NCBI GenBank assembly: GCA_964016885.1
Contig: OZ024743.1
Span: 192,386,001 to 192,450,000, forward strand
Reading direction: 5' to 3'
Source of the DNA: Eledone cirrhosa
Lineage: Eukaryota
DNA length: 64,000 bases
In this document: positions 37,883-53,195 of the stretch, one piece after another
Numbering within the stretch: the first letter of the stretch is position 1
Layout of the letters: each line of letters opens with the position of its first letter
Made by a program: the position numbers and the translations under genes
Notes under the pieces: model-generated
Databases searched by the model: none
What the model was told of the DNA's origin: nothing
Seen by the model: only the letters and a program-made list of their open reading frames with translations

Positions 37883-38914
37883 TTGTCCTTTCAAGAAAAT
37901 AGAGATATTTTTGTGTCATAAATATAAACTAAAAACCTTTTCAATTTACATCCTTTTATTATTATTATTTTTTTTTTTTTACTAGTTTCCAACTGCAATA
38001 CAACTTAGAAAAATTTCAGTCAATCATATTGACCTCAATACTTTTTTTTTTCAAGTCTGATATTTGTTTTATCAATCACTTTTTGTCAAACCACTAAGTT
38101 ACAGGACATAAATGCAAAGACAAATTATAAACATGAACACACACACATAGAGAGACACAAATACACATACATAACCATCTTGCAGTTGTCATTTTCCAAA
38201 TTTCACTCACAAGCTATTGATCAACCTGAGGTTATAGTATATGCCACTTGCCCAAATAGATGAATGAAAAAATTAATTTTTTTTCTTTCATCTTTCTTTT
38301 TACAACACTTTCAAAATCTGTCACTTCTCTCATAAATGTCTAAATCAAGAACGAAATTTCAGTTTTAAGTTTAAAAATGAATATGTACAATGTGAATAAA
38401 ATAAAGTTGAATATACAATGAAATTAGATTTTTTAAAATGCAAGTCAAGCTGTCTGCAAATTAGACACACCCACACACACATGAATGTATACATACATAT
38501 ACACTTGCCATATTATGATTATTGGTATATATACACTTTATGCAAAGCACTCCCCTTAGGCATTTTCACCATACACCTTATAAACACACATCATCATTTT
38601 ATCATTTCATTCTCCATTCCAAAATCTACATCTGACAACTCTTTATCTAACCAACTTGCTAAGTGTATATGCTTCACTGAAGAGATCTAACAAGACTGAA
38701 ACATATCTGTTGTTTTCACTAAGTTGGCTTCTATAAATTATTTCAAAAGACTTGGACCAGATCAGGCTATAGAAGTTTACTCCCCTGCTAACTTTTCATC
38801 ACCTGAAATAGTCTCAGTTGATTGAAGATTTTTTTACAACCCCTCATATTCAGATTGGGAAACTATTTCTATATATACATACATTTATATATTATACATA
38901 CACATATAAATGTA

Positions 38915-39193
38915 CAGTGGAACCTCTGAACACCTCTCATCACAAACAAATCAGTTCAGGAACAATTTTTCTGAATATAAAACGTCTTGGGTGACGAACG
39001 GTGTCTCGAGTAATGAACAAGCTGGGAATATCGGAGGGAATGTGTCACTTGCTATGTAGTTAGTTATTATGGTGATATCTATCTGTCTCTCTCACTATAT
39101 TTCTCTCTTAACATTTCATATGGGAAAAATAGTTTCTGTTTATGAACATTTTGGGTGACAAACAGCCTTCAGGATTGAATTCAGGTTCCACAG
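38915..39193. mobile_element. pogo/Tigger-like MITE
   Basis: TA-CAGTGGAACCT ... AGGTTCCACAG-TA. Confidence 0.7.
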
Positions 39194-39199
39194 TATATA

Positions 39200-39598
39200 C
39201 AAACATTGAAAGGCTGGAGAGAAATGAAGTGGGCATACTTTGATGGATGTGAAATGTTAATGTGTGTGAATGAGAAAGTATGGATAAACTAAGATAGAAA
39301 ATGGATATAAGAAGAATCAGATGTAGAATGCTAGAGAGGAGACTACGATGGTATGGTATGTGATGTGCATGGATGATGATCACTGAGTGAAGAAGTGTCA
39401 TGAAATCCCAGTGGAAGGAAGCCACAGTAGAGGAAGACGAAGGAAAACTGGGCAAATGTCGTGAGAGATGATCTCATATTGCTGAAGCCCACAGAGGAGA
39501 TGATAAAGGAACGCAACAAGTGGAGAGATACTGTACTAAGAAGGACCAGTCCAACCCATGCAAGTGTGGAACAGCAAACATAAAGTGATGATGATGAT
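39200..39598 (+). mobile_element. Decayed RTE 3' fragment with (GAT)n tail
   Basis: RLERNE...ERRLRWYG...RGR..KTW remnants. Confidence 0.75.
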
Positions 39599-39789
39599 AA
39601 TACAAACATATCATCGTTTTGCACCCTTTTTCTGTGTTGTCACATTCTGAAATTTAAAAAGACTGATGACCGCATATGGCTCATACAGGACTAGAACTGT
39701 TTCATTCAAAAGAAATAATCAGGAGGCTATATATATATGGCTGACTGAATACAAACATATCAGATTTGAGTCAACACAAGAGCTGAAGG

Positions 39790-40600
39790 CGGCATCAGCA
39801 AAGCAAAGACTAAAGTTCTAGTAAGTAGAGAGAAAAACAGGGCTCAGATTCCCTCAGGGAAATAGCTTTGATCAGTGTGCAGGAAAGGAGCGAGTATAAT
39901 TCCATCCTGTCTCAAATGCAAAAACTATGGGTACACAAGAGATGTAGTGGGATCTTAGGAAGGCTAGCAAAAAAACATAGGTTTTAAATGTGGTTGATGC
40001 ACAGGAGCAGTAAGCAGCAAAAGCTCACACGAAACAAGCCCTATAAAATGCTCAGAGGGTTCCATAGAAGTAGTTGATAGCTTCTGTTACCTGGGTGACC
40101 AAATTAGCAATGGAGGTTGCTTTTCTGAAAGTACAGTAGCCAAAATGAAAGCAGACTGTATGACACTTGTGTATAAATAGCAATGTTGCAGGGAAATGAA
40201 ACCTGGGCACTCTATGCAGAAGCCCTATGAAGATTGGAGAGAAATGAAGCTTGCACGCTCCAATGGATGTATAATAGTAGTATGAATGAACAGCAAAGTG
40301 TCAATTATCTGGAGAAACTAGGCATAAGAGGGGTCAGATGCAGTGTACAGGAGAGGAGATTGCAGTAGTTTGGACATGTAATGCATATGGAGGGTGACAG
40401 TTGTATAAATAGGTGTAGAGCACACAAAGCCAACACAAACTATGGAAGAGGAAGGCCTAGGAAAGCTTGGGATGAAATGATAAAAGCTGACCTTGCCCAA
40501 TTAAACCTCACAAAGGGATGACACAGGATCAAGGTCTCTGGCGGCATACTGTACTACAGAAGACCCACCTTCCAATGTGAATAAAATGAAATGAAACATG
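39790..40600 (+). mobile_element. Decayed RTE fragment including the PHD-like segment
   Basis: KTKVLVSR..PSGK..SVCRKG..KCK..WVHKRCSG..DSFCYLGD, homologous to 6675-7560. Confidence 0.8.
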
Positions 40601-41273
40601 TAAAAGACACACTCTCCTCTTCGACCCTCACTATTCACTCTCCCCAGTCTTAATACCCTTCCCACACCAGCTAAATATCCTACACACCTACATGTCAAAC
40701 TTGATTACCCGTGCCACCCAACACTTACCCCTGATACACCTCATCAGCCAAACCCACGCATACAAGCATGTAAGCTGGACACGCTCAACATCTGATATCC
40801 TACAATGCTGTTGACAGGACAAAAAGCACTAAGTCCACTCTCTATGCTGATCCAGTGCCACAACAAAAAGCCCCCTGTTCATATTTTAACATGGGGTTTG
40901 CATTAGAATGGGCATCCAGCTGTAGAAACCAAGCCAAAATACAGATCTGTATGAGTAAGACTGATCTCCTGAGCTGAATTGTCTCATAAATGTGCCAACC
41001 CATCTGACCCATGGAAGTGTGGAAAACTAGATATAAAATGATGATATTTATATATATACATATATTTATTTATTGCTCTTCCACTCTGCACAATCTGGAG
41101 GGGGATGAGCAGAATTGGACCTTGAAACCTTGGGTAGCACTTTTATTTCCATGTATGAACATAAATAATATAATATGTAGATATTTAAATATATACATAC
41201 ATGCATGCATGTGTGTGTGTGTATATATATATATACATATATATATACATACACACATACATGTATATACGTA

Positions 41274-41318
<45 letters not shown>

Positions 41319-41351
41319 TCATATATATGTACATACATATATATATACATA

Positions 41352-41912
41352 TCATCATCATCGTTTAACGTCCATCTTCCACGCTCGCATGGGTTTGGAC
41401 GGGAGTTTTCCCACTTGAGGCAAGAGTGGTTGTCTTGCTCATATAGGACTGTCTGGCGGGTTTTCTACGGCTGGATGCCCTTCCTAACACCAACCACATT
41501 TACAGTGTGGAACTGGGGGGTTTTTACCGTGTTACCTACACGGCCACATTACAGCGTGGACTGTGTGTTTCTTTTGTCGTGACACCTACACGACCTCATT
41601 TGTTTCGGGCTGGATGTTGTGGTACCAACATAACTTTACATTGAAAGGGGTGGTGTGGATGGGGTGGGGGTAGTGGGACGGGGGTGTATTTTGTTAGAGG
41701 TGCCTACTGACTGTAGTAGGTTTCACTTTGCACTTAGGTAAGGAGGGTCTTCTCTATTACTGTGTAGCGCCAAAGATCTCGGTCCAGTGACCTTGTCTTG
41801 GAGAGGTGTGTGTGAGGTCGGAATTTATCAAGTTGTCCCAGGTTTTTCTGGGTCTGCCTACTCCGTGGCTACCGTCTATTTTTATTGCCCTGCACTTTTT
41901 TATACAGCTGTC
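41352..41912 (-). mobile_element. RTE 3' end, same family as 6272-6890
   Basis: Collinear high similarity to 6285-6885. Confidence 0.85.
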
Positions 41913-42581
41913 GTTACATATATATGTATATATACACATACACACACACATATATACATGGCATTCAGCTAAATCTTGCTTTTTCTCTAGGGTTTCTCAC
42001 ATTTTCGTTGTGCAAGAAAAAACAAAAAAAAATTATAATGGGAGTGGAAAAGGCAGTGAAATACTATAAATATAGTCTTATTTTACAGAATCTGACTCTC
42101 AATGTGTCATTTCTAACTGTCTTTTTGCATTTAACTCTTAACATCCTGTATTGATTTACCAGAACATTTCTACAAAAGAATGTTTTTAACTGAACATTTA
42201 TAGTATCTTTACCTGTGAACAAATCTTGGTGAAACATTGCAGTATTAGAGTAAAATCTTTTATTTTTAATGTGATGCAGTCAGTGCTTTGCACAAATCTT
42301 CTAGACTGCATCCAACAGTCATAGTGCAGCTTTGTACTTTTCCAAAATGTCTTGCTAATGTGGATTTGTGAAGTACAGGATGTTAAGAGTAAACACTTCT
42401 CACTTCTATTTGCCTGACACTTCAGGAGTAGTCACTGTACATTGCAAACAGTGGCATTTACAATATATAAATAAATATAATAAATAAATAAATAGATGAA
42501 TAAATAAAAAAGGTATATTTTAATAAATTAAGTGTTTTCTAGGTCCTCTATTTTGCAAGTGCTAGACAGACTTGCAAAAAC

Positions 42582-43447
42582 TTGGTGCACAAAATAAGTT
42601 GGTAAAATTTTCTTTTGGGGCACAGAACTATTTCATTTGGTAAACTGAGGTCCTTTTATCGGGCCTTAGTGTACATAATTATTTCAGTTGGTATATTGAG
42701 GTCCTTTTAGAGTATTGGGCCACATCAGTAATTAATTTGGTATACTAAGGTCCTCCTTTAGGCTTTGGTACACAGAAGTGCTTCAAATGGTCTATTGAGG
42801 TCCACATTTGTGCATTGGTGCACAAATTAAGTTGTTAAAAAGCAGCTTTTGGGGCCTTTGGTGCACAGAATTAATTCTATTGCTATATTGAGGTCTACTT
42901 TTGGGCATTGGAGCACAGAATTAACTCAGTTGGTAAATGGAGGTTCTCTTTTGAGTCTTGGTGCACAGATGTAATTCAGTAAATATATGAAGGTGCACTT
43001 TTGTGTATTATTGCACAGAATTAATCAGCTGATATGCTTAGGTCCTGTTTTGGGAACTTGGGACACAGAAGTAATTCAGTTGGTATACTGAGGTCCTATT
43101 CTAGGCTTTGGTTCATAGAACAAGTTGGTAAATTGAAGTCCTCTTTTGGTGTTTTTGTGCACAGAATTAATTCAGTTCATATATTGAGGTCCTCTTTTAA
43201 GTATTAGGGCACAGAAGCAATTCCGTTAGTATATTGAGGTCTACTTTTGGACATTGGTGCACAGAATAAATTCAGTTGGTAAACAGATGGTCCTCTTTTG
43301 GGCCTTGGTGCACAGAAGTACTTCAGTTGGTATATAGAAGTCCATTATGGATCCTTGGTGCGGAGAATTAATTCTGTTGGTTTATTGAGGTCCTCTTTTG
43401 GGCATTGGTGCACAGAATAAATTCAGTTGATAAATTGAAGTCCTCTT
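42582..43447. repeat. About 50-bp diverged tandem array (about 17 copies) just downstream of the PHTF stop codon
   Basis: Unit TTGGTGCACAGAATTAATTCAGTTGGTATATTGAGGTCCTCTTTTGGGCA. Confidence 0.9.
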
Positions 43448-43463
43448 CAATGACATGTTGTCA

Positions 43464-43640
<177 letters not shown>

Positions 43641-43774
43641 TTAATTCAAATTTAAAGGTCACACCTCCCTCTTTCACAAGTAACATGAAGCCTACTATCT
43701 GCTATCACTCTGTCACTCCCTATCACTTCCCTCCCAGCTTGGTCAATGGCACAAGCACCCTAGTGCTGAAAAGT

Positions 43775-44035
43775 GTAATGCTGGTGCCACAATAAAATGC
43801 ACACAACCCACACTGTAAAGTGGTAGTGCTGGTGCCACAATAAAATTCACTCAGCCCACTCTGTAAAGTGGTAGTTCTGGTGCCACAATAAAATGCACCT
43901 AGCCCACTCTGTAAAGTGGTAGCTCTGGTGCCACAATAAAATGCACCTAGCCCACTCTGTAAAGTGGTAGTGCTGGTTCACAAAAAGAATCTCACCCAGT
44001 TCCCCGTCAAGTAGTAGTGCCACAATAAAATGCAC
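43775..44035 (-). repeat. 48-bp unit array, same family as 34078-34848
   Basis: GCCACAATAAAATGCACCTAGCCCACTCTGTAAAGTGGTAG repeats. Confidence 0.85.
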
Positions 44036-44324
44036 TTGATACATGCCATGAAGTGGATGGCATTAGAAAGAGCATCCAGCCATAGAAACTGTGTCAAAAT
44101 GGAAAATATGAAATGCAATCATCTGACCTGTCTAGCCTCAGGACATGAATACCTGTCTAACCCATACAAGCATGGAAAATAGATGTAACATGATATATTA
44201 TCATCATCATCCCTACAATCATCATCATTTATGCCTACGTTCCAATGGCATGGATTGGATGGTTTAGTTACCAATCCTGGCTCATATGTTCCATGGCAGA
44301 ATGGAAAACAGATATATGATATGT

Positions 44325-44730
44325 AAAGTTATGTTGGTCCCACAACATCCAGGCCGAAACAAATGAGATCGTGTAGGTGTCACGACAAAAAACACACAGT
44401 CCACGCTGTAAATGTGGCCGTGTAGGCAACACGGTAAAAACCTCCCAGCCCCACACTGTAAATGTGGTTGGTGTTAGGAAGGGCATCCAGCTGTAGAAAA
44501 CCCGCCAGACAGTCCACGCTGTAATGTGGCCGTGTAGGCAACACGGTAAAAACCTCCCAGCCCCACACTGTAAATGTGGTTGGTGTTAGGAAGGGCATCC
44601 AACTGTAGAAAACCCGCCAGACAGTCCTATGCGAGCAAGACAACCACTCTTGCCTCAAGTGGGAAAACCCCCGTCCAAACCCATGCAAGCGTGGAACACG
44701 GACGCTAAACCTGATGATGATGATGATGAT
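44325..44730 (+). mobile_element. RTE 3' UTR copy with an internal duplication of about 115 bp and a (GAT)n tail
   Basis: Reverse complement of 41352-41640. Confidence 0.85.
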
Positions 44731-44780
44731 GAAGAGTGCAAAAAATGGAGAATAAATAACAAAAAATTGAAAATATGTTA

Positions 44781-44930
<150 letters not shown>

Positions 44931-46292
44931 TTAAGCCTTCTATTACTATATTTCTAACTAAAATACTTCATTTTGATTAACTCTTTCATTAACATTTTTC
45001 TAATTACAGACACTGCCTATAATTTTTCAAATCATTTTGAAGATAATGAAGATTTTGGAGGGATTTAACTTTCTTGTTAAGGAACTTAAAGGCTCTTACA
45101 TAAAATTATAATGGAAGGGCTTTAGATAAATATAAACAATTAAAATAAATAGTTTTGGATCTTAGAATCAAGGCCAGTTTCAGGCAGTTATATTATCTAT
45201 CAAATGGAGTGAATTCTAAAAGCAGGTGACAGCTACCTACGGGAAGAAAAAATGGCAATGGCTACACACAAATTTGTTATTAACTCATCACCTGTTAATG
45301 TTACTTTTAATCTTGTTGAAAATGTAGTTTATTCATTTCTCTAGTATCTTAACCAATGTTAGATATCATTCTCAGAAATGACTTCTAGGCTCGCCACAAA
45401 ACTATTGAAATTGCATTCAAAAGAAAGAAAGATCCTGTCATATTATGAGCACTAAACTAAATAAAGTAGCAAATTGGAAGAGTCATTAGAGCATTGGATT
45501 AAATGCCTTGGTATTTGTTCTGGCTCACTGCATTCCAACTTTGCATTTTATCCTTTCAGAGTTGATAAGTAAAATAACAAGTCAGGGGTGGTAGATTGGC
45601 AGAACTGGTAAAGAATCAGGTGGAATACTTTGTGGTATATGATCAGGTATGTGTGTTCTGAGTTCATATCCTACCACCTTCTGCCAGGAGGTGTGACTGG
45701 CAGATAGAATGAGCAATGGAAAAATAAAGGGAAACAGAGTTTCTTTGGTCCAATTTGACGATTTGCTCTTTTCCTTTTCTGATTTACAAATGAATAAAAA
45801 TTAACTTCCCAAGAATTTTTAACACTTTTGATACAAACCTGCCCAAAATTGCCCTGGTTCTATAAAACAAAACCACCCATTTTAAAGGGTTCTTATTTAA
45901 ATTAAAATCTTTCAACATAATTTGATATAAGTAACAACTTTATTGAAATTTAAACTTCAAATAAACAGCATATCTTAAGGGATATTCTGCCTCATGGTCC
46001 CGGCTGACAGGATGGACACCAAAATTTACTTGAGTGCTTAACCCTAATGAAGATGACAGAAAATATACAGCCTTTGAAGCAAACACTAAAGTTTGTCAAT
46101 TTCATAGACCTCCTTGTAGGAGACCAGTTAAAATATGCATAAGTATAAGCTGTAAATTTAATTTTTTTTTTTCCCCCATAAAGTGAGCATTAACACATTC
46201 TTGGGAGCACTGAGTATTTCCACAGAAAGAATGAGATCATGTAATTTCATACAATGAAAATTAATAAACAAAAACATATAATTATATCTTAC

Positions 46293-46448
46293 CTGCTCAG
46301 TGATTAACACAGAAAGATTGCGATATTTCTGGTTAATTTTTAACCCAAGAGTCATAAATCGAAGAATGTAAACACCGAGGGCAAGAGACCAAGCCAACAA
46401 TTCCCAATTATATAGATAGTCCATGAAGGTTTCTGTGTCTTTGAGTAA
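46293..46448 (-). CDS. PHTF: PHTF exon
   Basis: LLKDTETFMDYLYNWELLAWSLALGVYILRFMTLGLKINQKYRNLSVLITEQ; AG/GT. Confidence 0.92.
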
Positions 46449-46862
46449 CTAGAATAAGAATCACATATACAAATAAATAATGCAAAAAATGATTTTTATT
46501 TTATTTCATGCTATTAGCCAGGTGTCCCCACATGTTTAATCAATAGAATAACCTGCCCATGAAATTAATATGCAAGTAGCTGAGCATTCCACAGACATGT
46601 GTACCCATAATGTAATTCTCAGGGAGGTTCAGTGACACAGCATGTGACAAAGTTGGCCCTGAAAATTACAAATACAACAATTTTTCCAACTGAGTGGACT
46701 AGAGTAATGTAAAATAAAGTGTCTTGCTCAAGGACCCACAATGCACCACCAGAAATTGAACTCATGAACTCTATGATCATGAGCCTAAAATCCATGCACC
46801 TTCACGTCATAGACTCAAACATACACCCGTTTATAATGCCCATATATAAAATAAACACTTAC

Positions 46863-46949
46863 CTGTAAACACATTAATGTGACAGAAATGATGGCTAGGA
46901 GAAATGAAGCTGACACTATCACATCGACTGAACGTTGAGGACCTCTTTT
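46863..46949 (-). CDS. PHTF: PHTF exon
   Basis: KRGPQRSVDVIVSASFLLAIISVTLMCLQ; AG/GT. Confidence 0.93.
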
Positions 46950-47982
46950 CTGAACAAGAAAAGAAACAAAATCAGGATTTCACCTCATAATTATCAATTG
47001 GGTAATTGAATAACACAATCCTTTTGATACCAAACCACCTGAAACTGCCCCTGGTTCTATGACACAAAGCTGTTCGTTTTTATGGGCTAAAATCCTTCCA
47101 GATTCTTGATTATTTTCAAAATGATTTGAAAATGATTCGCAATGTCTTTCATTAGAAATATGGTAATGAAAGAGTTAAAGTTAAATAAATCTTCATCAAA
47201 TATAGGATATTTTAATTAAAGCAGTATAGTTTATAAGCATCAGAATTTTGCATATCAAGAGAAAATATCTAAAAACAGGTTTGTTAATTCAAATGGTTAC
47301 AGTATCTTTACTAGAAGACAACATGTAAAAAATTGTAGAATTGGAGTAAAGAATTTAATTTTTAATGTGAAGCAGTGCTGTTTTGTACTTTTTAAGACTA
47401 TCTTAACTTTTTAAGCACTCACTGTAAATGAGGTTGGTGTTAGGAAGGGCATCCAGCTGTAGAAATCAAGCCAAAATCAGTTCCTGTATGAGCAAGGCAT
47501 GGTCAGCCGACCAGACACTGCCCACAACAGGACAACCCGTCTAACCCATGCTAGCATGGAAGAACGGATGTATAATGATGATGATGATGATGATGATGAT
47601 CTTGTTAATACAGTTTCATGCAGTACAAGATGTCAAGAGTGAATCTAATACCATGTGATACATAATTTCTTATGGCTAACAAATCAACAGCAGCAGTGGG
47701 CAAATGTAAAGAGAGACAATGTGTATTATATATATAGATATACACACATACATATAAGTATATACACACAAACTGTGAACTGTAGAAATTCCATATTTTA
47801 AATTTAGAGATCATCATATCATTGTTTCATTATGTCAAAGATTTTGATTGTCTTTGATGTCCCCTCATAGTGGAAACTGTTCAATGTATAACATATAAAC
47901 TTGCTTTGTCATGTTAAATATTTCAATTATATCTCCAATTTCATTCTATAGTTAAAATTGTTTAAAGCACTATGAGTTTTAG

Positions 47983-48142
47983 AACTGTGACTTGATTTGA
48001 GATTTTGTGTTAAAACTGTGACTTGATCTGAGATTTTGTGTTAAAACTGTGACTTGATCTGAGATTTTGTGTTAAAACTGTGACTTGATCTGAGATTTTG
48101 TGTTAAAATTGTGACTTGATCTATGATTGTGTGTTAAAACTG
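47983..48142 (+). repeat. 31-bp tandem repeat x5 (intronic)
   Basis: AAAACTGTGACTTGATCTGAGATTTTGTGTT. Confidence 0.92.
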
Positions 48143-48163
48143 AAATGCATCATTGTAAAGTTA

Positions 48164-48385
<222 letters not shown>

Positions 48386-49487
48386 TTAAGTCCCAAAACA
48401 TACATGTAAATCTTAAAATGACCAACAGTGGTCAGAGATCAATACTTTAATATACTAAAACATATTTTAGAATTAAGTAAATTGCTAATTCATACTATGA
48501 AAAGCAGAGGTAGACTGGTTATTTCAGGTATTTGGGTGGGCCACTGGGCTGGGTGGGAATAAAAATAGCTGAAAAATGTTACAAAAACTGTCATAGTCAT
48601 TGCACAGAGATTGAAATGAAATATGCTTAGCTGAGCAGTGAATACACATTTCGGGTCTTCAGCAATCTGTTAGTCATTGTTGCCTCGGGCTGGTTTTATG
48701 TCCCAGTCTGCATTTGGAGAGAAGTCTCTAGAATCCAGTTTCTTTCATTCATATGAACATTCCATTCAAGAAAGATCAGTTCCGAGTGAAAGTCTTCAGT
48801 TTCTAAACATTAAACCTATAGATCCCTTTATGCTTTATGACTCATGGGTAAATACTATCTAGCATAGAGGGAATGGAAATTAATTAAAGTACTTCATTAA
48901 TAACACCATGAGTTTTACCAATTTGAACTTCACCACTAATATTGAAATATTAAATTAGTTTATTTGACCTGGTCAACAAATCAAAAATGGTTGTAATACT
49001 CACTACAAGTTCAAATAGCAAGCATTGAAAAGGGAGGGGAACATTCATTCAGCTGTAAGATACTTACCAAAAATATTTTTGACAAAATAAAAATTGCAGA
49101 ATGGAAAAACAGAGTGGATGGAGAAGCTACAGATTGATCCAAGGAAACAATGTTTTTATTGGTCTTCTCATTGCTGACACTATATTGCTACTCCTAGCAA
49201 AAGTAGATGGAATTTGAACTTTGCATGCCAAGAACTGAATCATTAACAATTCTACTAATCCACCACTCCTAGCCATTTTTTTTTATCAACACCAAAAGAA
49301 TGAAAGATAAAGCTGACCATGGCAGGAGTTGAACTCACAGAGCAGAGAGCCAGAATAAATACCAAGGAATTTAATCCAATGCCTTAGTGACTCTGTTAAT
49401 TTGTCACCTTCAATGTAAAAAAAAACTGATATTAAAAAGAAGGGTATGAAAATAAAATGGACAATAGCAATATCATGTCTGTCTTAC

Positions 49488-49584
49488 CTGTTTGAATGTG
49501 CGATCAGCAACGGAGAGCAAGAAGAAAAAGAGAGCACTAAGACAAAGCCTTTGGATTACTGCATTAATTAAGATTAGATTAATC
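49488..49584 (-). CDS. PHTF: PHTF exon
   Basis: INLILINAVIQRLCLSALFFFLLSVADRTFKQ; phase 2-0. Confidence 0.9.
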
Positions 49585-52111
49585 CTACAAAGAAGAAAAG
49601 AAAACAGTCAAAAGAAAACTCAACAGTAAAATTAACGAATTCATTATCATACTTCTTATAAAAGGAATTGCTTATGATTTTCAAATCATTTTGAAAATAA
49701 TGAAGAATTTGAAGGGATTTAGAAATATAACTAACTTTCTGATTATTAAGCTGATGTTTAGAACATAGCTTAAAAAAGGTTCTTAAATGAAATTATGATG
49801 GAAGGTTTTTAGATAGATATAAACACTTTGAAATGATCAGCTATGATGGTTTGGCGCCAAAAGGGTTAACATTTTTGATAAGAAAACTTAACCTCTTATC
49901 TTTACTGAAAAAAAACTAGGTTGAAATACATAGCAATACTATCTGAAAGATGGAGAATTATGTAAATGGTATACGTGTTGTGGAAAACCCAGCCACTTAC
50001 ATATTAATTCATGAGTTAGGCAGTCGGTTCATCGGATAATTGAATGCTCATTCAGAAAGTATAGTGAAATGTATGCTTCACAAAGGTCTAAGACCAAAAT
50101 ATGTCCTAAGTTGTTTCCCATTCTTAATAAAATTATTAAATAATATTCCATACAACTGAGCTTATATTGTCTTTTCCTCACAACCCAATTATTGTTAATT
50201 ACATATTTGATTTTCACTACATTAAATATGCTATCACTAACTTAATGAATAAAATGTATGTTATAGTTAGTTATAGTTTTTATGCCTGGTTTTCCATGTC
50301 AGATGAAGTCCAGAACTTATCCTGTTCTCATGGACATGCTGTGACTGAAAACACAAGTTTCCCCTCCTGGATGGGAGGTCAATCTATCGCTGGTACTCAT
50401 TTATTTCAGCTGAGTAAAGTGGAGCAATGTGAAATGAAGTGTCTTGCTCAAGAACACAATGTATCACATGGTGTGGAAATGAAACCCACAACCTTATAAT
50501 CATGAGCCAAACACTATTAGCATGTTGTAAGAGATGCCAGAAAGGGTTGGTGCTAAGAAGGGCATCTAGCTGTAAAACATTGCTTCCAAAAGTACCCTGT
50601 GGTGAGTATAGAAGTTGTCATGGAGCTCATAAGGCAAAACTCTGCTTGGGGAAAAAGACCTTATAACACTCATTCTTGTAGAACTGAAGCAATGTGAAAT
50701 GAAGTGTCTTGCTCAAGGACATAGTCTGGGTATCAAACCAATGACTGCATGATCATGAACCCACCACCGTAATTACTAGGCCACATGCCCTCAAATATCA
50801 TTACCACTTTTCATAGTATAGGAATAAACCAGAAAAAAATGCAACTTAAGTTTATTTGCTGGAAAACATATTATTCAGTGTTTTATCATGGTGAATTGGC
50901 AGAGTCACCAAAGCATCAGATTAGATTCTTTGATATTTGTTCTAGTTCTTTACATTTTGAGTTCAAATCCTATCAAGGTCAACTTTAAATAAACTACCAA
51001 TTTAGGAGCAGTTAATTAGCGGAACTGTTAACAAATTGTACTGGATTCATTGTGGAATCGCTTCCAGTTCTATGTGTTCTGAGTTCAAACACCACCTCCT
51101 GGCTTCTGAAAAGTGGTGACACTTCTGTCAGAAGTGGCTACAGGCAAATTATTTCAGCAATGGAAAGACTGCCAAAAACATAGATTCCTTCATTCCATCT
51201 GATGACTGGCTCCTTTCCTTTTATTTTTTTCATCATTTCAAATATATTTCTGGTCTGAAGTAGTAGCTTTCTTCCAACAAATTAATTATACTTTTCCTTA
51301 TCATTTGAAGCTCTGTACTCAGTTCTATCATGGCTTCCTCCAACTTTCAAAACACTTTAAACAAAAAAAAAAAAAAACTAGCAGAATTTATTAAACTGCA
51401 GATGTCTTACATAGACATTGCCTTATGAAACTACTAAGTATTCCTTGGCATGAAAAGGTCATAGAAAAGGCCGAACTGAGTACAAAGTACTATCATTGTA
51501 GGGCAGTGAAAGATGTTTGGCCACATGCTTCACATACTCACAAAGAGACCAATGAGAACCTCTTTTTAGTTGAAGCCAGAAGCGGAGTAAGAGTTGAGGC
51601 AAATATGTTGAAACCAGATTGAGAACTATGGAAGAGAACTTGGTAAACATGGGCTTGGCCTGGGAGCAGGTTTGTGACTTTGCTGAGTAGAGATCTTTCA
51701 TCAATCAATACTCCGTAGGGAACAGGAGGAACTAAGTAAGAAAAAAAAACTCATTCCCTGTCCTCTTGTTCCAAACAGGTTTGGAAATTTCTTATCTAAA
51801 ATAACATGGAACCATAACAAATTCTTTCTTATAACAAAATTAAACTGAATTATCATTTTATGTTTGCTTCTCTATGCTGGCATGTGTTGGACAAGTACTC
51901 TGAGGTAGTTCTTCATAGCTAGATGACCAATGCCTCTCCTGCCACCAACTATTTTAGTCGCCACTTATGACACACACCGAGGACATAATGTACCTACTTT
52001 AAAACTAGGATACACACAATCCAACAAAAACAAACAGACCGAGTAATGATAAATAAACACATGCAGGGACATAAACAAAAAAAACAAAAAAAAAAAATTA
52101 AAAAAACTTAC

Positions 52112-52367
52112 TTCCATCCATTACCGACCATAGAAAGAGCAGCAGAAACAAAACCATCCGAGGACAGAATGTTAAAGAATTCCTTGCTGTTGTAAGTACG
52201 GAACATCGGTGGTACAAGACCCATTATCAGTGAGAAGAACAGACCTATAAAAATAGAGTCTGAGGCATCAGGAATTTTTTCAACTTTTTCAATGATGACC
52301 CAGCTGATGTGTAGAGCAGTGAGATCAACCTTCTGACATTCATCACCTTCCCATATTACACAACTCA
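52112..52367 (-). CDS. PHTF: PHTF exon
   Basis: (V)SCVIWEGDECQKVDLTALHISWVIIEKVE...GNGW; phase 1-2. Confidence 0.9.
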
Positions 52368-53195
52368 CTGCAATAGAGAAGCAAGAAAATAACTGTTGAT
52401 GAAAAATAATCTTCTTTGTTGATATAAGGAAAAGAAAGAAAAGGAGCCAATTGTCATATCAGACCAAGGAAACAATGGACCTATTTTTCTTTCTGTCCCA
52501 GATTAGAGTTTCAAAATTTCTTTTATATCATCATCAATACCAAACCTTGCTCTGAGCTTCAAATATTAAATATTTCACTGCAAGGACTTATAAATGAGAG
52601 CTGGATGGAAGTGGTGAGAGCTGATATCGCTAAACCTCATGGAGGAGATGACAAAGGAACACAAGTGGAGAGATGCTGTACTGAGAAGGAGCCGTCCAAC
52701 CCATGCACATGTGGAATAATGACTGCATTTTGCTGTTTTGGCAACTATCCTTGCATTGAGTTTTTCTCATTATTCTATAAATTCTAATACACTCACGCCT
52801 CAACTCAATCTTCGAGAAAACTTTGTTTATATATATATATTATAACTATAAGTTTTCTCTTTCTCTCCCTCTCTCTCTATATATATATCACTGCATCTCC
52901 CCATGCATTGAATACTCCCATGATTAGTGATCTCCCCAGTCTTGACACCAGTCTCTATACATACATATATATATATATATATTTTAAAAAACCTTGGTCA
53001 CTAATGACCATGGTGTTGCACCTAGAAAGTTTCCCTCCGAGGCACAAGCCTGAGAAAATATATCATCATCATCATCATCATCTTCATTTAACGTCCATCT
53101 TCCATGCTAGCATGATATATATAAAGAAAAAGAGAGATAATAATAAGAGAACTGTATTATAGTTGCATTATATGCTAAAGGACAGAGTAACTTAC

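Noticed and set aside
38672-38712. CTGAAGA...GAAACATATC hammerhead-like motif
   Set aside because: Only 2 bp of stem I and a weak stem II; may be a decayed HHR but cannot be supported by eye.
42582-43447. Possible CRISPR array or coding repeat
   Set aside because: Units are homologous along their whole length, 50 bp is not a multiple of 3, and there are no cas genes.
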